DNA of 64,000 nucleotides from an uncultured Planctomycetota bacterium (lineage in GTDB: Bacteria > Planctomycetota > Planctomycetia > Gemmatales > Gemmataceae): assembly GCA_963849325.1 (NCBI GenBank), contig CAWKHF010000008.1, positions 96,001 through 160,000 of the forward strand, in the 5' to 3' direction. The position numbers were made by a program, and so were the translations under genes. The notes under the pieces are model-generated. The model was not told the DNA's origin and searched no databases. It worked only from the letters and a program-made list of their open reading frames with translations. Shown in pieces: positions 10,346 through 19,623 of the stretch (within the stretch, counting starts at the first letter, position 1; the number at the start of each line of letters is the position of its first letter).

Positions 10346-10499
10346 CGGTTCGATCTCCTTTCCTTGTCTGTAATCGCATCCTACCCGATGCGCGTGCGCG
10401 GCGGCAAGCACGACCGGCCGGGAGGTTGACGCGGGCCGCATCCGCCCGCTACCTTGACCGGGACGCAACGGATCATGTCCTCTTTCGCGGGTATCTCTC

Positions 10500-11153
10500 A
10501 TGCGTGTTGGCGTCTTCGGCGGCACCTTCGATCCGGTCCACACCGGCCACCTTCTTCTGGCGGAGCAGGCCCGCGAACAGGGACGGCTCGACGAGGTTTG
10601 GTTCGTCCCCGCTCCGCGTCCACCGCACAAGGACGAGCCGGCCCTGACGCGCTTCGAGCAGCGCGTCGAGATGCTGGCCCTGGCGCTGGCCGGCAATCCC
10701 GCCTTCCGCATTGACGAGCTGGAGAAAGAGCGCGGCGGTCCCAGCTACACCGTGGACACGCTCGCCGAGCTGCGTCGCCGTCATCCCACTCACGAATTCT
10801 TCCTCCTCATCGGCTCCGACACGCTGCACGATCTGCCGCTGTGGCACGATCCGGCCGGCGTGCTCGAACGAGCCGGTCTGCTGGTCATGGCCCGGCCCAA
10901 CAGTCCCGTGCTGACGGTGGAACAACTGCGTGTACGGCTGCGTCTGCCCGACGGCGTGCCGTTGCGCCTGGAGGTAATGGAGATGCCGCAGATCGACATT
11001 TCCAGCCGCGACCTGCGCCGCCGCGCCGCCGCCGGCCGCAGTCTGCGCTACTTCCTGCCGCGCGCCGTGGAGTGCTACATCCACGACAAACGTCTCTATC
11101 GCTCCGACCATACTCCCCTCTCCCCCGCTTCGGGGGAGAGGGGTAGGGGGTGA
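10500..11153 (+). CDS. nadD: Nicotinate-nucleotide adenylyltransferase
   Basis: MRVGVFGGTFDPVHTGHL, PPHK, SYTVDTL, LIGSD and DISSRDLR motifs. Confidence 0.95.
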   Translation: MRVGVFGGTFDPVHTGHLLLAEQAREQGRLDEVWFVPAPRPPHKDEPALTRFEQRVEMLALALAGNPAFRIDELEKERGGPSYTVDTLAELRRRHPTHEFFLLIGSDTLHDLPLWHDPAGVLERAGLLVMARPNSPVLTVEQLRVRLRLPDGVPLRLEVMEMPQIDISSRDLRRRAAAGRSLRYFLPRAVECYIHDKRLYRSDHTPLSPASGERGRG

Positions 11154-11212
11154 GGGGGCGGCTCTTCCCCCTCACCCCCTACCCCTCTCCCCCGAAGCGG
11201 GGGAGAGGGGAG
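11113..11212. repeat. REP-like composite palindrome, family B
   Basis: ctcccctctcccccgcttcgggggagaggggtagggggtgagggg...cccctcaccccctacccctctcccccgaagcgggggagaggggag; near-identical copy at 59978. Confidence 0.9.
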
Positions 11213-11282
11213 AAGAAGCCGCTCGCTTGCCGGTGGGGCGTCTCATCCGGACAATAGAGTTCAATCGCCCGGAGGAGCGCTC

Positions 11283-12416
11283 ATGGACTATCCCGCGCAG
11301 CGACGCGAACGGCTGGCCCGCCTGCGAGCCGACGAGGGCATCGACGCCCTGCTGATCAGCAGCCCGGTCAACGTCACCTACCTGACCGGCTTCACCGGCG
11401 AGAGCAGCGTCCTCCTGCTCAGCCGCGACCGGACCCTGCTGGTCAGCGATCCGCGTTACACCGGCCAGCTCGCCGACGAATGTCCCGGAGCTGCGACGCA
11501 CATCCGGCCGCCGTCGCAGAAACTGCCCGAGGCCGTCGCCGAGGTGCTCGAAGCGTCTCGGCGTCCGCTCGGTCGGCTTCGAGAGCGGCGCCGTCACCGT
11601 GGCCGAGTTCGAGTTCCTCCGCGGTCTGACGCCGAGCCTGGACTGGAAGGGCGGCGACGACCGCGTCGAGCGGCTGCGCGTGGTCAAGGACGACTCGGAG
11701 CTGGCGCCAGATCCGCGACGGCCATCGACGTGGCCGAGCGCGCCTTCACCGTCTTCCGCGCTCTGCTGCGGCCCGAAGACACGGAGAAGGACCTGTGCGA
11801 CGCCCTGGAGCACTACGTCCGCCGGGCCGGCGGCGCGGGCACGTCGTTCCCGCCCATCGTGGCCGTGGGCGAGCGGGCCGCCCTGCCGCACGCGCCGCCG
11901 ACGGATCGCAGGGTGGACTCGGGCGAGCTGCTGCTGGTGGACTGGGGCGTCAGCGGCCGCTGCTACAAAAGCGACTTGACACGCGTTCTGGCTACCCGTA
12001 CAACGGCTCCTTTCTCCGGCACAGCCGTCGACGTCCGAAACTGGAAGAGGTCTATGCGGTGGTGCTGCGGGCGCAGGAGGCGGCGCTGCGGGCCGTGCGG
12101 CCCGGCGTGTCCACGCCGTGACATGGACGCCGCCGCTCGCGGCGTCATCGCCGAGGCGGGCTACGGCGACTACTTCGGCCACGGCCTGGGCCACGGCATC
12201 GGCCTGCAGATCCACGAGGCGCCGTGGCTGCGGCCCAACTCCGACACGCTGGTCGAGGCCGGCATGGTCTTCACCATCGAGCCGGGCATCTACCTGCCCG
12301 GCTGGGGCGGCGTGCGGATCGAGGACGACGTGCTGGTCACGCCCGACGGCGTCGAGCTGCTGACCCACCTGCCGCGCGACCTCGATGCCATGCGCGAAAC
12401 AAGTTCTGAGTTCTGA
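11283..12416 (+). CDS. Xaa-Pro peptidase, M24 family (several frameshifts)
   Basis: NVTYLTGFTG, ALPH, LVDWG...YKSDLTR, FGHGLGHGIGLQIHEAP, FTIEPGIY and GVRIEDD motifs. Confidence 0.9.
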   Translation: MDYPAQRRERLARLRADEGIDALLISSPVNVTYLTGFTGESSVLLLSRDRTLLVSDPRYTGQLADECPGAATHIRPPSQKLPEAVAEVLEASRRPLGRLRERRRHRGRVRVPPRSDAEPGLEGRRRPRRAAARGQGRLGAGARSATAIDVAERAFTVFRALLRPEDTEKDLCDALEHYVRRAGGAGTSFPPIVAVGERAALPHAPPTDRRVDSGELLLVDWGVSGRCYKSDLTRVLATRTTAPFSGTAVDVRNWKRSMRWCCGRRRRRCGPCGPACPRRDMDAAARGVIAEAGYGDYFGHGLGHGIGLQIHEAPWLRPNSDTLVEAGMVFTIEPGIYLPGWGGVRIEDDVLVTPDGVELLTHLPRDLDAMRETSSEF

Positions 12417-12484
12417 GTTCTGAGTTCTGAGTGAAAACAATGGACTATCTTCACTCAAACTCAGAACTCAGAACTCAGAACTGA
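12403..12484. repeat. Inverted heptamer tandem arrays (gttctga)n ... (tcagaac)n
   Basis: Four gttctga units, a short AT-rich spacer, then about three complementary units. Confidence 0.85.
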
Positions 12485-12499
12485 CGAAGGGAGATCGCG

Positions 12500-12987
12500 T
12501 TGGCCGACGATGCACGCAATAATCCCGGTCCCTTCGACGTGCGGACGATCGAGCAGCTCGTCGCGCTGATGAGCCAGCACGACCTGAGCGAGATCGACCT
12601 GCGCGAGGGCGAACAGCGCATCCGCCTGCGTCGCGGCGTGGCGGCGTCGGCCGTCGCCCGTTGCCGTCGAACCGCCGGCCTTCGTCGGCCACTCCGGCGC
12701 CGAAAGCCGCCGGAAGCGGCCGCCGACGCCGCCGGCTCGTCAAGCTCCATCGAGATCAAGAGCCCGCCGTCGGCACCTTCTACGCCCAGGCCAAGCCCGG
12801 CGCGCCGCCCTACGTCAGCGTCGGCGTCCGCGTCACGCCCACCACCGTCGTCTGCCTGATCGAGGCCATGAAGATCTTCAACGAGATCACCGGCCGACTG
12901 CAGCGGCGTCATCCCGAAGTGCTGGTCAAGAACCAGGAGTCGGTCGAGTTCGGCACGGTGCTGTTCCGAGTCGATCCCAACGCCTGA
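12500..12987 (+). CDS. accB: Acetyl-CoA carboxylase biotin carboxyl carrier protein (frameshifted)
   Basis: N-terminal IEQLVALMSQHDLSEIDL; C-terminal VGTFY...LIEAMKIFNEI...VEFGTVLF with the EAMK biotin site; directly upstream of accC. Confidence 0.92.
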
Positions 12988-12991
12988 GCAA

Positions 12992-13052
12992 TCAGGGGTC
13001 AGGGGTCAGGGGTCAGCAAGCTCTGACCCCTGACCCCTGACCCCTGACCCCT
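12992..13052. repeat. Inverted heptamer tandem arrays (tcagggg)n ... (ctgaccc)n
   Basis: tcaggggtcaggggtcaggggtcag...ctgacccctgacccctgacccctgacccc between accB and accC. Confidence 0.85.
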
Positions 13053-13056
13053 ACTT

Positions 13057-14414
13057 ATGTTTCAACGCATCCTGGTCGCCAACCGCGGAGAGATCGCCCT
13101 GCGGGTCATCCGCGCCTGCCAGGACCTGGGCATCGAGGCCGTCGCCGTCTACAGCGAGGCCGACCGCGACGCGCCGTACCTCGACCTGGCCGACGAGGCC
13201 ATCTGCATCGGCCCGGCCGCGGCGACGCGAGAGCTACCTGAAGATCGCCGCGACTCATCAGCGCCGCCGAGGTCGCCGACGTGCAGGCCATCCATCCCGG
13301 CTACGGCTTCCTGTCGGAGAACGCCCACTTCGCCGAGGTCTGCCGGGATTGCAAGATCGAGTTCATCGGCCCGCCGCACGAGGCGATGCATCGGCTGGGC
13401 AACAAGAACGAGGCCCGCAAGCTGGCCCAGAAGGCCGGCGTGCCCGTCGTGCCCGGCAGCGAAGGGCTGATCGAGAACGACGAGGAGGCGCTGCACCTGG
13501 CCCGCGGCGATCGGCTTCCCGGTGCTCATCAAGGCGGCGGCCGGCGGCGGCGGCCGCGGCATGCGCGTGGCCCGCGACGACACTCAGCCTGCAGACCGGA
13601 CTCCAGGCCGCCCGCCAGGAGGCCGAGAACGCCTTCAAGGACGGCAGCGTCTACCTGGAGAAGTACATCGAGCAGCCGCGGCACGTCGAGGTGCAGATCC
13701 TCGGCGACCGCCACGGCAACGTCGTCCACCTCTGGGAGCGCGACTGCTCGCTGCAGCGCCGCCATCAGAAGCTGGTCGAGGAATCGCCGGCGCCGAACCT
13801 GCCCGACGCGGTGCGCGAGGCCATGTGCGACGGCGGCCGTGCGCCTGGCCAAGACGGCCGGCTACTACAACGCCGGCACCTGCGAGTTCCTGGTCGATAA
13901 GCAGAACCGCTTCTACTTCATCGAGGTCAACGCCCGCATCCAGGTCGAGCACCCGGTCACCGAGCTGGTCACCGGCATCGACCTGGTCAAGCGAGCAGAT
14001 CCGCATCGCCGCCGGCGAGCCGCTGCCGTTCCGCCAGGAGGACATCGCGCACCGCGGCTGCGCCATCGAGTGCCGCATCAACGCCGAGGACCCCGCCGCA
14101 CGACTTCCGGCCCTCGCCCGGCCTCGATCACGCGCTGGCAGCCGCCCGGCGGTCCCGGCGTGCGCCTCGACACGCACGTCGTCGCCGGCTACCGCGTGCC
14201 GCCCAACTACGATTCGCTGGTCGCCAAGCTGCTCGTCCACCAGCCGACCCGCGCCGAGGCGCTGGCGTGCATGCGCCGCGCCCTCGACGAGTTCGTCGTC
14301 GAGGGCATCAAGACGACCATCCCGCTCCACCGCGACATCTTCAACCATCCGGCCTTCATCGACGGCCAGGTCGATACGACGTTCATCGAGCGGACGTGGC
14401 AGAAGAAGGCGTGA
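13057..14414 (+). CDS. accC: Biotin carboxylase subunit of acetyl-CoA carboxylase (multiple frameshifts)
   Basis: [65 protein letters not shown] and YDSLVAKL distributed over three frames. Confidence 0.93.
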
Positions 14415-14444
14415 CCGCGTTCCGAGAAAGGACAGCATCCCGTT

Positions 14445-15800
14445 ATGAGATCTTTTACCGCTCTTGCTCTCCTTTTCTCGCTTTTCTTCCTCCCGCTTCG
14501 GGCGGACGAGTTTACCAAGGAAAAGCTCGACAACTGGCACCAGTGGCGCGGCCCGCGGGCCGACGGCACGGCGCCGCACGGCAAGCCGCCTCTCAAGTGG
14601 GACGACCAGACCAACATCCGCTGGAAGACGGCGCTGCCCGGACTGGGCAGCGCGACGCCGATCGTCTGGGGCGATCTGATCTTCGTGCTGACCGCCGTCG
14701 ATACCGGCCGTCAGGCCGCGCCGGCCGACATCCCCAAACCGGACCCGCGCTTCCGCAAGCAGACCGTACCGCCGACGACGTATCATCAGTTTCTCGTCCT
14801 GGCCATCGAGCGCAACAGCGGCAAGGTCCGCTGGCAACAGGTCGCCGCCGAGGCCGTCCCCCACGAAGGGCATCATCCGACGCACAGTTACGCCGCCTCT
14901 TCGCCGACCACCGACGGCAAGTTCCTCTACGTCTCGTTCGGTTCCTTCGGGCTGTACGGCTACGATTTCGCCGGCAAACTCCAGTGGAAACGCACCGACC
15001 TGCCGCGCCTGGAGACGCGCTACGGCTGGGGCGAGGGCGCCTCGCCGACGCTGCACGGCGATGCCCTGATCGTGCCTCGGGACCAGGAGGGCGCCTCGTT
15101 CCTGATCGTCCTGGACGCCCACACCGGCAAGACGCGCTGGAAGGTCGAGCGCGAGGAAGTCACCACCTGGGCGACGCCGCTGGTCGTCGATTACCGGGGC
15201 CGGACCCAGGTCATCGTCCCGGCGACGAAGCGCATCCGCAGTTACGACCTCGCCGACGGCCGGGTCATCTGGGAGTGCGGCGGACTGACCGTCAACTGCA
15301 TTCCGTCCGCCGTGCGCTTCGGCGATTCGGTCATTTGCCTGAGTGGCTACCGTGGTGCCGCCGCCTTCCGCATTCGCCTCGACGCGACCGGCGACATCAC
15401 CGGCAGCGACAAGATCGTCTGGTCGTACAAGCGCGGCACGCCCTATGTGCCGTCGCCGTTGTTGACGGGCGATCGGCTGTATTTCACCTCCACTAACGAG
15501 CCATTGTTGACGTGTCTGAACGCGAAGACGGGCGCGGTCATCCTGGACCGCGAACGGCTGCGGGGGCTGGGCAGCCTGTACGGCTCGCCGATCGAGGCGG
15601 ACGGCCGCATTTACCTCACCGACCGCGACGGCACGACGATGGTGCTCCAGCGCGGCGACAAGGTGAAGGTGCTGTCGGTCAACCGCCTGGACGAGCCGAT
15701 CGATGCCTCGCCGGTGGTGGTCGGCAAGCAGTTGTTCCTGCGCGGGGCGAAGCACCTGTTTTGCATCGAGGGTGAGGGACCGCGTGGTCCCCAGCGATGA
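14445..15800 (+). CDS. PQQ-binding-like beta-propeller protein, secreted
   Basis: Signal peptide; [36 protein letters not shown] and PYVPSP motifs. Confidence 0.88.
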   Translation: MRSFTALALLFSLFFLPLRADEFTKEKLDNWHQWRGPRADGTAPHGKPPLKWDDQTNIRWKTALPGLGSATPIVWGDLIFVLTAVDTGRQAAPADIPKPDPRFRKQTVPPTTYHQFLVLAIERNSGKVRWQQVAAEAVPHEGHHPTHSYAASSPTTDGKFLYVSFGSFGLYGYDFAGKLQWKRTDLPRLETRYGWGEGASPTLHGDALIVPRDQEGASFLIVLDAHTGKTRWKVEREEVTTWATPLVVDYRGRTQVIVPATKRIRSYDLADGRVIWECGGLTVNCIPSAVRFGDSVICLSGYRGAAAFRIRLDATGDITGSDKIVWSYKRGTPYVPSPLLTGDRLYFTSTNEPLLTCLNAKTGAVILDRERLRGLGSLYGSPIEADGRIYLTDRDGTTMVLQRGDKVKVLSVNRLDEPIDASPVVVGKQLFLRGAKHLFCIEGEGPRGPQR

Positions 15801-15846
15801 TTCCCCCTGCCAACAACCTGTTTTCCCCAATGGCGAGCGGAGGCCG

Positions 15847-16020
15847 TTATTTGAAACGCCAGAAGCGATGGCCACAATCGCGGCACCGATAGGGCCGAAC
15901 CAGCAACGCACCGAGGAGACTCTCCGCGGAGGATCGCTGGGAGAGGCGCGTATTCCGGCTCTTGCAATGGGGACAGACCTTGGCGGGGGGCCGCCAGGCG
16001 TTCACGATCCGGCGAGTCAT
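15847..16020 (-). CDS. Small zinc-ribbon protein (57 aa)
   Basis: CPHC...PYRCRDCGHRFW, two CxxC pairs; GGAG RBS upstream of ATG at 16020. Confidence 0.7.
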   Translation of the reverse strand: MTRRIVNAWRPPAKVCPHCKSRNTRLSQRSSAESLLGALLVRPYRCRDCGHRFWRFK

Positions 16021-16144
16021 CGTTGACTCCGAAATCAAGCGTTACCACTACGCTGGGGAGGCGACGAGTCTGGAGAGAGAATATGTAAGATAAGAACGAA
16101 TGGAAGTGAGTTTGGCAAGTAAAAAAAGCAAAAAGCGGAGAACT

Positions 16145-16203
16145 TCCGAGCCGCGAGCGTCAGCGAGCGGGAACGTCCCGCTCGCTGACGCTCGCGGCTC
16201 GGA
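16145..16203. repeat. REP-like palindrome, family A
   Basis: tccgagccgcgagcgtcagcgagcggga-acg-tcccgctcgctgacgctcgcggctcgga, a perfect inverted repeat. Confidence 0.88.
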
Positions 16204-16213
16204 CCATGAGACA

Positions 16214-17794
16214 TTACTCCTCCACTGGCATCTGATAGCACACGGCTTCCTTATCGTTGCGCACCAGCAGATACGGCCCGGACAGGACGGGGTTGTTCCA
16301 CGTCATGCTCGGGAGCGCCGGCAGGCGGCCCAGTTCCCGGAACTCGTCGGGGTTGGCCTCGACCAGTGCCACGTATCCCTCCTCGGCCTGCACGAGGAGG
16401 AGGTCGCCGACAAGCAGCACCTGGCCGAATTTGTAGCGCTCGCCCTTCCACTTCCGCTCGCCCGTCTGGAGATCGATGCAGGCGAGGTAGCGGTCGTCCA
16501 GTCCGAAGGCGCGGTCGTGGGCCATGACGACGTTGGAGAACTGCGTCCGCATGTTGCGGTTCTGCCACAGTGTCTCCAATTTCCATGCGCCGTCAGCGTC
16601 TCTGGTGATGTGCAGCAGGACACAGCCGACGCCGTAGCCGGCCGACAGAAAGACGCGGTCGCCCGACAGCGGCACCGGCTGCGACGCCTTGGCCCAGTCG
16701 CTGGGCCAGGAGAAGTCCCACAGCACCTTGCCGTCCGTCGGATCGTGGCCGGTGACGCTGTGGGCGTTGACGCTGAGGATTTGCCGTTTGCCCGCCAGCG
16801 TCGCCAGCGCCGGTGAGCTGTAGCTGGCATCATCCGTGCCGGCCTTCCACAGCGGTTTGCCCGTGTCCTTGTGATACGCCAGGAGCGATGGACCCTTCTC
16901 TCGGCCGCCGGTGACGATCACCTTGTCGTCCAGGACCAGCGGCGAACACGCCTTGCCCCAGATGACGTTGGTCAGATTATTTTCGGCGAGAGTGTCGTGC
17001 GACCAGAGATTGTCGCCGGTGGCGGCGTCGAGGCAGTCGAGGATGCCGGTGCCTCCGAGCGTGTAGACACGGCCTTCGGCGAGAGTGGGTGTGGCTCGCG
17101 GACCATCGCCGCCCTGCTTGTCGTGGAAGCGCGCCTCGTGTCCGTGCTTCCAACGCACCTTGCCGGTCTTCAATTCGTAGCAGACGACCAGCTCCTGATC
17201 GCCGCGCTGCTCCTGGGTGACAGCGTAATCGCCGGCGACGGCGAAGGCGGACCAGCCCAGGCCGATCTTCCGCCGCCACAGTTCTTTCGGTGGGTGGGCC
17301 TTCCAGTCACGGGCCAGTCGGACGCCGTGGACCACGCCATCGCGGTCTCGGCCGAGGAATTGTGGATAATTCGTATCCTTATCAGCGGTCAATTCGACGC
17401 CCTTGACCTCGGCTGCCGTCGGTTCGACCCGCAAGTCCTCCAGTGACGCCTCGGTGCGCGGCGTCCACTTCCACTTCAGCCGCGGCACGCCGGAACCGCT
17501 GAGGGAGCCGTTGAACTCCAGCACTTGACCCAGGCCGAACAGGATACCGGCCACCGCGGCGCTGGCGCCGATCAACAGGGCGAAGCGCTGCCACCAGCGC
17601 AGCCCGCTGAAGAACAGCATCCAGACGATCAGCAACAGCGGCGTTGCCAGGATGATGCCCGACAGGATGTGAAATTGCAGTACGGGTTCGAGAGCGTCGG
17701 TCAGCACGATGGCCGCGAAGCCGCCGCCGCCCAGAAGAAGCGTCGCCGCCGGCATCCACAGCCGTTTCAGCCGACGCGGTTGAGTCGTCTCCAT
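16214..17794 (-). CDS. Membrane-anchored PQQ-binding-like beta-propeller protein
   Basis: Three N-terminal hydrophobic segments; YPQFLGRDRDG, GPRATPT, ASYSSP and TWNNPVL motifs. Confidence 0.88.
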   Translation of the reverse strand: METTQPRRLKRLWMPAATLLLGGGGFAAIVLTDALEPVLQFHILSGIILATPLLLIVWMLFFSGLRWWQRFALLIGASAAVAGILFGLGQVLEFNGSLSGSGVPRLKWKWTPRTEASLEDLRVEPTAAEVKGVELTADKDTNYPQFLGRDRDGVVHGVRLARDWKAHPPKELWRRKIGLGWSAFAVAGDYAVTQEQRGDQELVVCYELKTGKVRWKHGHEARFHDKQGGDGPRATPTLAEGRVYTLGGTGILDCLDAATGDNLWSHDTLAENNLTNVIWGKACSPLVLDDKVIVTGGREKGPSLLAYHKDTGKPLWKAGTDDASYSSPALATLAGKRQILSVNAHSVTGHDPTDGKVLWDFSWPSDWAKASQPVPLSGDRVFLSAGYGVGCVLLHITRDADGAWKLETLWQNRNMRTQFSNVVMAHDRAFGLDDRYLACIDLQTGERKWKGERYKFGQVLLVGDLLLVQAEEGYVALVEANPDEFRELGRLPALPSMTWNNPVLSGPYLLVRNDKEAVCYQMPVEE

Positions 17795-17993
17795 CGCTTT
17801 TCATCCTCCGTAATGGGTGCGCCACGGAGCGCGGGTTTCCTGCCTTCATTGTAGGCCGATATCGTCATGCAGATTACATGAGTGGCACATAAGGGCTTGC
17901 CACAAGTTACTGGTAACCAAGACACTTGTGTCTCGCCTAATCCGTGCATGCCCATTTATGCTGGTACTCATTACATGGCCATTACATAAGGAT

Positions 17994-19460
17994 TCACGCC
18001 CAAAACGGCACGTATTTGGCGTAGCGCTTTGAGGCGCTATCTGGGTCGTACAGCTTGATCAAACCCTCCTTGAGCGTCTCCTTGATGATCTTCGAGGCGA
18101 TCGGATAGTTCGTATCGCTGATGGCGAAGCGTTGCCGCAGGGAGGCGTTGGTCATCTGCTTATTCGAGACGTGGCAAAGGCAAGCGTGCTGGTAGCAGGC
18201 ACGGATTCGATCCTTGGCGTCCATGTCCGCCAAGCGCTGGTAGGCGAACAACGTGGCTTTGGTATGACCTTCGATCACGGTGAAGTCTGGGGCGGGCAGC
18301 TGAAACAACTCGATTTGGGAGACGACTTTGTCGATGCCGCTGCCGCGTTCTTCGCAGATGTTCATCCTGCGCATGAAAGAAGCGAGGGACTCGTTGCGGG
18401 AGCGCGGCGGTGTATCGATGAAGCGCAAAGTGTTCATCAGGGGAGTTCCCGGATTGGTGATTTCCATCCGATCCGCGAAGATTTCCACCATCGGTCCCGC
18501 GCCTGTCACCGTAAAGTCCTGATGGATCAAGGCGTTGGCGATCAGTTCCCGAACAGCGATTTCGGGATACATCCGCTCTTCCTGCCGGAACGCCTGGCCG
18601 ATTTGTTCATTCTGCGGTAGCTGCGAGTTGATGAAAGCGATGGCCGCTTCAAAGCCCACGGCATAGCCCTTCCGAGCGGCCGGATCGCTCCATTCCCGGT
18701 TCGTCAGAACCCGATTCTCTCCCCGATAGACCATCACTCGCAATGCCTTGCGCGAAAGTCGCTCGAAATTATCCAAGTTTTTGGCGAAGAGGACCGCCCC
18801 CAAATTGGTGACATCGAAGTGATCGCCTCCCTTGGAGACAATGATCTTTTCATCGACCAATCGATCCACGATGGCGGCGCGGTTCTGCGGCAGCCTCCGC
18901 CGAGTCAATTCAAAGTACGCCGGGTAGTCCAGTAGCGTCAATACCTGGTCGGAAGTCACCTTGGGACGAGCAATTCCGCTTTCAAACGTGACTTCCGCGA
19001 AGATCGCCCACAGCGCTCGCTCCTTCTCGGGGAACTCCCGAAGACGCATTTTCTGGCTGCCGATACGAATGAATTCCGCGTCCTTGAAACGAACAGGTAC
19101 GTGAGATGCCGGAGCCACTTCCATCAAGACAACGGGGTGGCCCTCGAACACCAACTCGCGGAGGTGAAAATCGATACGCGGCGACAGCTGGAGGGCCAAC
19201 CAGCCTTCCAGAGCCTGGCCGCCTTTCTTCTCCCGCTTGGGCTTGAAGGTGGTGCCCACTACTCGCCGGCTGGAATCCTCGATACCCCAAATGAGGTAGC
19301 CTGCTTCTTTACGGTGCAAGGCAGCCGAATTGGACAAAGCAGACAGATACTCCCCGATCTGCTCCGGATCGGAGTTGTTGTGCTTCCACTCGACCCATTC
19401 CGTCTCCGCGGGGAGTGCGAGTAGATTGTGGAGCAGATGAGATAGGGACGCCTCCGTCAT
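17994..19460 (-). CDS. AlbA_2 (Schlafen-like) plus HATPase_c_4/RecG-C plus winged-HTH protein
   Basis: ETEWVEWK...EYLSALSNS...GYLIWGIED; AVRELIANALIHQDF...MEITNPG...CEERGSGIDKV; C-terminal MTNASLRQRF; lower GC than flanks. Confidence 0.88.
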   Translation of the reverse strand: MTEASLSHLLHNLLALPAETEWVEWKHNNSDPEQIGEYLSALSNSAALHRKEAGYLIWGIEDSSRRVVGTTFKPKREKKGGQALEGWLALQLSPRIDFHLRELVFEGHPVVLMEVAPASHVPVRFKDAEFIRIGSQKMRLREFPEKERALWAIFAEVTFESGIARPKVTSDQVLTLLDYPAYFELTRRRLPQNRAAIVDRLVDEKIIVSKGGDHFDVTNLGAVLFAKNLDNFERLSRKALRVMVYRGENRVLTNREWSDPAARKGYAVGFEAAIAFINSQLPQNEQIGQAFRQEERMYPEIAVRELIANALIHQDFTVTGAGPMVEIFADRMEITNPGTPLMNTLRFIDTPPRSRNESLASFMRRMNICEERGSGIDKVVSQIELFQLPAPDFTVIEGHTKATLFAYQRLADMDAKDRIRACYQHACLCHVSNKQMTNASLRQRFAISDTNYPIASKIIKETLKEGLIKLYDPDSASKRYAKYVPFWA

Positions 19461-19623
19461 GGATCGATCTCGCCAATCTCAAGAGGATTGTTGCCAAGGA
19501 AGTCCCTTGCCAAGCTGCGGGCTACTGAGGACAGATGGATCGCTCATTTCCCCCTGGGTAGCTGAGATACCACGTCCTTCATTCTACGGATAGAGGACAA
19601 CGAAAGTTGCGCAACGGCGAGTG

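Noticed and set aside
12403-13052. Short repeats as a CRISPR array (also 42694..42852 and 52793..52921)
   Set aside because: Units are 7-11 bp, contiguous and inverted, with no unique spacers.
13057-14414. Programmed frameshifting or true pseudogenisation of accC, accB, priA and galE
   Set aside because: Indels are numerous, lack slippery sites and hit essential genes; sequencing or consensus error is more parsimonious.
13635-15911. Long antisense ORFs (13635..15911, 35730..37568, 59273..61078 and similar)
   Set aside because: They mirror well-supported genes on the opposite strand, have no motifs, and are expected in high-GC DNA.
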